From an uncultured Acidobacteriota bacterium (lineage in GTDB: Bacteria > Acidobacteriota > Vicinamibacteria > Vicinamibacterales > CAVVIG01): DNA of 64,000 bases. The translations under genes were made by a program, and so were the position numbers. Numbering within the stretch: position 1 is the stretch's first letter; each line of letters starts with the position of its first letter. Below are positions 59,443 to 64,000 of the stretch, one piece after another. The DNA is taken from positions 531,336-595,335 of the forward strand of contig CAWBXO010000001.1 in the NCBI GenBank assembly GCA_963792785.1, written 5' to 3'. Under the pieces are notes generated by a model. It worked only from the letters and a program-made list of their open reading frames with translations, did not search any database and was not told where the DNA came from.

Positions 59443-60348
59443 ATGACTGCCAGGCTCAGACAGACTTGCGTTTGCGTGGCCGCGACCGTTGCGTGCGGCT
59501 CCGTCATCCTCCACGCCCAGCAGGACCGCTCCCTCGCCGGCAGCATTCGCATCGCCAACCACTACCGCGTCGCGGCCGATGTGACGTACCTGACCGTCGG
59601 CGGCGTCGCAGACACACTCGATGTGTATCAGTCGCGAGACGCGCGGACGCCGCGCCCGACGCTAATCTTTATTCACGGCGGCAACTGGGTCGGCGGGAGC
59701 AAGACGGCCAGCTCCCTCATGATCCTGCCCTTCCTCGACATGGGCTGGAATGTCGTCAACATCGATTACCGGCTGCTGCGCACCGCACCGGCGCCGGCCG
59801 GAGCGGACGACTGCTTCTGCGCGCTGCGCTGGGTCTACCAGCACGCGAGGGACTACAACATCGACACGTCGCGGCTCGTCGTGAGCGGGAACTCGGCCGG
59901 TGGACAGCTCGCGCTGCTTCTCGCCATGGCGCCGCCCACGGCCGGCTTCGGCGCCGACTGTCCTGGCCCGGAGGCGCTCTCCGTGTCCGGCGTCATCAAT
60001 TGGTACGGTTTCTCGGATCTCGTGGATCTCCTCGAGGGCCCCGACGCCCGCCCCGCCGTCCAAGCGTGGATCGGAGACGGGCCGAACCGCGCACAACTGG
60101 CCCGCCGTCTATCGCCAGCAACCTACGTCAGAAAGGACAACCCGCCGATTCTGACGATTCAGGGAGACGCGGACCCAACTTCCCCGTACCCGTACTCGGT
60201 TCACCTGCACGAAGAACTGCGCAAGGCAGGCGTGCCCAACCAACTGCTGACGATCCCGGGCGGGAAGCACGGCGGCTTTACCGACGAGGAGACCGACACG
60301 ATCTACCTGACAATCCAGCAGTTTCTGAGCGCACACAATCTGCGGTGA
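59443..60348 (+). CDS. Exported alpha/beta hydrolase (HSL/BD-FAE-like)
   Basis: GGAGG SD; signal peptide; HGG, GNSAGG nucleophile elbow, GDAD, GKHG. Confidence 0.88.
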   Translation: MTARLRQTCVCVAATVACGSVILHAQQDRSLAGSIRIANHYRVAADVTYLTVGGVADTLDVYQSRDARTPRPTLIFIHGGNWVGGSKTASSLMILPFLDMGWNVVNIDYRLLRTAPAPAGADDCFCALRWVYQHARDYNIDTSRLVVSGNSAGGQLALLLAMAPPTAGFGADCPGPEALSVSGVINWYGFSDLVDLLEGPDARPAVQAWIGDGPNRAQLARRLSPATYVRKDNPPILTIQGDADPTSPYPYSVHLHEELRKAGVPNQLLTIPGGKHGGFTDEETDTIYLTIQQFLSAHNLR

Positions 60349-60436
60349 CCATGCGCGCCCATCACGCGGGGAGTGCCGCGCCAGTCGGGCGGTCAACGCA
60401 TCAATCCCCCGCTCAATCCCCGGCGCCGGCGGTAAG

Positions 60437-61561
60437 ATGGCCTCGCTCATGGCCGCCTCGCCCCCGCGCCTCTTCAAGACGCTCCGAGACGACGTCGTCG
60501 TCGTCTACCAGGACGTGCGCAAGCGCGGCGCGCGCCGCGCCATTGGCGGCACCGTCGCCAATATCGAGTCGTTCTACCTGCACGAGGACGACCGGAAGCG
60601 CCTGGAGGGCATGCGCCCGTTCCGGCGCTCCGTCCGGCGGATCTCCTGGTTCATCAAGGGCCTGCTGCTCAAGCTGACGCCGGCGCGGCGCGTGATGCTC
60701 GCCGCCGCCCTGCTGTACCTGCTGCTCGGCATCCTGCGCATCGACATCGGCACGATCCACATCCGGCCGCTCGCGCCCGCCCTCGTCGGCAACGCGCTGC
60801 TGCTCACGGTGCTGGCCCTCGAGCTGAAGGACAAGCTGGCGGCGCGCGACGAGCTCGAGGCGGGCCGCGCGGTGCAGCTCGCCCTCATGCCAGGCGAGAG
60901 CCCCGCCGTGCCGGGCTGGGACATCTGGCTCTACACCCGTCCCGCCAACGACGTCGGCGGCGACCTGGTCGATCACCTTCCCCTGGATGACACGCGCCAT
61001 GTCGTCGCGCTCGGCGACGTGGCCGGCAAAGCGCTGCCCGCGGCGCTCCTGTCCGTGAAACTGCAGGCGACCCTGCGCGCGCTCGCCCCGCACTTCGAGA
61101 ACCTCGGCGACCTCGCCGCGGACGTCAACCGCATCCTCTACCGCGATGGCCTGCCGTCACGCTTCGCGTCGCTCGTGTACCTGCAGATCGGCGCCCATTC
61201 GGGACACGTGCGGGTGCTGAACGCCGGACACATGCCGCCGCTGATCGTGCGGGGCACCGTCGTGACCGCGATGCCGCGCGGCGGGATCGTGCTCGGCATC
61301 ATGCCCGACGCGACGTTCGCCGAGCAGCCGATCGACCTCGGCCCCCGCGACGCGGTGATCGTCTATTCGGACGGCGTCAGCGAGGCGATGAACGAAGCCG
61401 GCGACTTCTTCGGCGAGGAAGGTTTGCTCGCCGCGATCTCCCCCACCCAGTGGGCATCGGCGCAGGCGGTCGGCACCCGCATCCTCGACGCCGTCGACCG
61501 TTTCGTCGGCGAGGCGCCGGTGCACGACGACATCTCGCTGATGGTCCTGCGCCGGAACTAA
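60437..61561 (+). CDS. Membrane-anchored PP2C/SpoIIE (RsbU-like) phosphatase
   Basis: Two TMs; DVGGDL, LGDVAGK, NAGH, YSDGVSEA, DDIS. Confidence 0.92.
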   Translation: MASLMAASPPRLFKTLRDDVVVVYQDVRKRGARRAIGGTVANIESFYLHEDDRKRLEGMRPFRRSVRRISWFIKGLLLKLTPARRVMLAAALLYLLLGILRIDIGTIHIRPLAPALVGNALLLTVLALELKDKLAARDELEAGRAVQLALMPGESPAVPGWDIWLYTRPANDVGGDLVDHLPLDDTRHVVALGDVAGKALPAALLSVKLQATLRALAPHFENLGDLAADVNRILYRDGLPSRFASLVYLQIGAHSGHVRVLNAGHMPPLIVRGTVVTAMPRGGIVLGIMPDATFAEQPIDLGPRDAVIVYSDGVSEAMNEAGDFFGEEGLLAAISPTQWASAQAVGTRILDAVDRFVGEAPVHDDISLMVLRRN

Positions 61562-61810
61562 CCACAGAGGCACGGAGACACGGAGACCGGAACGTGGATC
61601 GCCGGACGCGGGTTCGACGCGGCCGGCCCGCGAAGCGGGCCCGGCGTACAAACGAACGAGGCCCGTTGATGCAAGCCCGGAGTTCGTGTGGCTTGCATCA
61701 ACGGGCCTCGTTCGTTTTGTACGGCCGCCTTTGGCGGCCCGCGTCGGTCACGACTCAGCGCGACGCTCGTCTTCGTGCGTCTTCGTGTCCTTCGGGCCTT
61801 CGTGGTTGCC
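61562..61810. repeat. Structured intergenic element with 33-bp inverted repeat and flanking 9-mer repeats
   Basis: CGTACAAACGAACGAGGCCCGTTGATGCAAGCC (61645-61677) vs its complement at 61690-61723 (one extra T); side hairpins; CACGGAGA and CTTCGTG repeats. Confidence 0.75.
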
Positions 61811-61825
61811 TTTTCGTGATCCGGG

Positions 61826-62527
61826 TCAGCCCTTCGGGTTGAAGCGGTACCCCACCCACGGCTCGGTCACCAGGAAGCGCGGCGCGCCCGGATCCGGCTC
61901 GAGCTTCTTGCGCAACTGCCCCATGAACACGCGCAGGTACTCCGGCTGCTCCTGTGACGCCTCGCCCCACACGGCCTCGAGCAGCGTCTTGTGCGTGATC
62001 ACGCGATCCGGGTGGCGCGCCATGTAGACGAACAGCTCGAACTCCTTCGGCGTCAGCCGCACTTCCTGGCCGCGCACGTGGACCCGCCGCGACTCCAGGT
62101 CCACGCGGAAGTCGCCGACCTCGAACGACGCCATCTCGCTTGCCGGTGCCGAGTGGCGCCGCAGCGCCACGCGCACCCGGGCCATCAGCTCGTCGATCCC
62201 GAACGGCTTGGTCACGTAATCATCGGCGCCGGAGTCGAGCGCCTCAACCTTCGCGCGCTCCTCCCCCTTCACCGACAGCACGATGATCGGCACGTTCGAC
62301 ACGGTCCGAATGCGCCGGCAGAGCTCGATGCCATCCATGTGCGGCATGAACAGGTCCGTGATGACCAGTTCGGGCCGCCATTCTCCGAAGCTCGCGAGCG
62401 CCGTCTCGCCCTCGTCGGCGGTCCGGACCTGATAGCCCTGGCTCGTCAGCACCGTCCGCAGCACGCGCGTGATCTGCGGCTCGTCGTCGACGACCAGCAC
62501 CTTCGATTTCTCGGTAGTCGTAGCCAT
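61826..62527 (-). CDS. kdpE: KdpE-like response regulator
   Basis: VLVVDDEPQI, KVEALDSGADDYVTKPF, EYLRVFMGQLRKKLE, TEPWVGYRF. Confidence 0.88.
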   Translation of the reverse strand: MATTTEKSKVLVVDDEPQITRVLRTVLTSQGYQVRTADEGETALASFGEWRPELVITDLFMPHMDGIELCRRIRTVSNVPIIVLSVKGEERAKVEALDSGADDYVTKPFGIDELMARVRVALRRHSAPASEMASFEVGDFRVDLESRRVHVRGQEVRLTPKEFELFVYMARHPDRVITHKTLLEAVWGEASQEQPEYLRVFMGQLRKKLEPDPGAPRFLVTEPWVGYRFNPKG

Positions 62528-62531
62528 GCGT

Positions 62532-63686
62532 TCACTCCACCCCGGCGGCCGTCCCCGATTCCTGCGAGGCATCGGCCGCAACCGGCAACGTCATCGCGAC
62601 GGCGGCGCCACGGTCACGTCGCGGTTCGAACCAGATCCGCCCGCCCAGCGACTCGACGAGCCGCCGGGCAACGGGCAAACCCAGCCCGACACCGCCCCGG
62701 CGCGAGTCGTGGGGCTCGCGTCCGGGCACTCTGAAGAACTTCTCGAACACACGCTCGCGGTACTCCTCGGGAACGCCCGGCCCCTCGTCCGTCACGCTCA
62801 CGCGGACGTACGGGCCGTCCTCCCGCTTCGCCTGCACCCAGATCGTGGTGTCCGGCGGCGAGTACTTGCTCGCGTTGTCGAGCAGCGAATACAGCACCTC
62901 GACCGCCGACGGCGTGTCCACGGCCACCAGCGGCAGATCCGCGTCCAGATCGACCTCGACGCGGTGATCCTTCGTCACCGTCTGCGCCCGCGCGACGCTC
63001 GCCTTCACCACGTCCTCGAGTGCGGAGCTGACAAGCCGGGGCGCCTCGCGTTCCGCCGACGACAACCCCTCGATGAACCGGTTGAGCCGGTCGGACTCCT
63101 CGTCGATTACCGACAGCAGCTCTTCCTGGTTCTCGCGGCTCAGGCCGATCGTGCCGACCCGCTCCTCGGCGCCGATGAGCGCCGTCACTGCCGCCTTGAT
63201 CGACGTGAGCGGCGTGCGCAGGTTGTGGTGCAGCGCCTCGAGGAGCGCCGCCTTCAACTGCTCGCTGCGGCGGGCCGCCTCCGCCGCGCTCGCGCGATCG
63301 AACGCCGACTGCAGCTCGTGGTACAGCCGCTCGATCTCCAGCCGGCCCTCCTGCGCCTCGACGTGCCGCCGCTCGGCCCGCGCCGACAGCTCGCCCACGA
63401 CGACCGCGGTGGCCGCGAACGAGAGGAACGCGATCCAGTCGGTGATGTCGCCGGTCGAAAGGCCGATGGGCGCCAGGAAGAAATACGCGTACGTCACGGT
63501 CGAGCAGACCGTCGCCGCGAGCGCCGGCCCCGTATTCCACGTGCGGGCGATGACCAGGACGAGGAGCAGCAGCAGCGGCACGAGCGCGCGCGCGCTGACG
63601 GAAGGAAATTGATGGAGGGCAAAGACGAACAGCGTCGGCGCTCCGGACGCCAACAGGTACTCCGCCCAGCGCGGGAGCCGACCCAC
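62532..63686 (-). CDS. KdpD-like sensor kinase (DUF4118 TM domain plus HisKA/HATPase only)
   Basis: Four TMs with YFFLAP; EQLKAALL..L.HNLRTPLTSIK; DEGPGV; FEKFFR; GVGLGL. Confidence 0.85.
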   Translation of the reverse strand: MGRLPRWAEYLLASGAPTLFVFALHQFPSVSARALVPLLLLLVLVIARTWNTGPALAATVCSTVTYAYFFLAPIGLSTGDITDWIAFLSFAATAVVVGELSARAERRHVEAQEGRLEIERLYHELQSAFDRASAAEAARRSEQLKAALLEALHHNLRTPLTSIKAAVTALIGAEERVGTIGLSRENQEELLSVIDEESDRLNRFIEGLSSAEREAPRLVSSALEDVVKASVARAQTVTKDHRVEVDLDADLPLVAVDTPSAVEVLYSLLDNASKYSPPDTTIWVQAKREDGPYVRVSVTDEGPGVPEEYRERVFEKFFRVPGREPHDSRRGGVGLGLPVARRLVESLGGRIWFEPRRDRGAAVAMTLPVAADASQESGTAAGVE

Positions 63687-63711
63687 GGCCTGATTATAGT
63701 CAGCACGGCGC

Positions 63712-64000
63712 CTATTGCGGCGGCGAACCGGCGGCTTCCCGAAGGATCTTCACCCCCGCGCTGGTGCCGATCCGCGTGGCGCCCGCCGCCACCATCGCGC
63801 GCAGGGCGGCCAGGTCGCGCACGCCCCCCGACGCCTTCACACCCATGTCGGCACCCACCACGTGGCGCATCAGGGCCACGTCGGCGACCGTGGCCCCGCC
63901 GGGCCCGAAGCCCGTCGACGTCTTCACGTAGTCGGCGCCCGCGGCCTTGGCCAGCGTGCAGGCCGTCACCTTCTGCTCGTCGGTCAGCAGCGCCGCCTCG
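63712..64000 (-). CDS. deoC: Deoxyribose-phosphate aldolase (3' part)
   Basis: [29 protein letters not shown]. Confidence 0.92.
   Translation of the reverse strand, partial: EAALLTDEQKVTACTLAKAAGADYVKTSTGFGPGGATVADVALMRHVVGADMGVKASGGVRDLAALRAMVAAGATRIGTSAGVKILREAAGSPPQ

Larger units (their letters stand above)
40579..60360. other. Accessory genomic island 3' of tRNA-Gly (boundaries approximate)
   Basis: Abrupt visible rise in A/T-ending codons after the tRNA, return to host-like GC-rich coding by ~60437; accessory gene content; no integrase or attR recognised. Confidence 0.6.

Noticed and set aside
60349-60436. TCAATCCCC direct repeat as a possible attR copy of the tRNA-Gly 3' end
   Set aside because: Shares only a short ATCCCC(G) core with the tRNA 3' end; too weak, and no integrase is present.

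Overview
High-GC bacterial chromosomal DNA; gene content (Oar-like TonB-dependent receptor, SpoIVB-S55 plus beta-propeller pair, BamD, GTAG-type REP) is consistent with an acidobacterium (inference). 1-40.5 kb is housekeeping: ftsK, amiC, pepA, a ~12 kb aroDE-trpEGDCFBA-chorismate mutase-aroF-tyrA-thiolase-JAMM operon preceded by an unannotated 31-aa WRWYW leader peptide with terminator/antiterminator, an ECF sigma/anti-sigma pair, an unusual large sigma-54 activator, and aroC-def-fmt-rsmB-rpe-bamD-pgsA-manC/manB. After tRNA-Gly(CCC) (40505-40578) lies a ~20 kb accessory island with visibly more A/T-ending codons. It carries a complete but rearranged quinohemoprotein amine dehydrogenase (QHNDH) cluster, qhpB-A-D-C-F-E-G. 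The gamma subunit has altered active-site residues and an extra fifth Cys. No AraC-type QhpR is present; instead there is a split two-component system plus an orphan TAXI lipoprotein. A shared direct-repeat/-10 promoter motif appears to link the qhp operon to a TonB-dependent receptor and a tandem thioredoxin-like protein. Four genes carry apparent +1 frameshifts that look like sequencing errors. All calls were made by eye from sequence motifs; no database searches were run.
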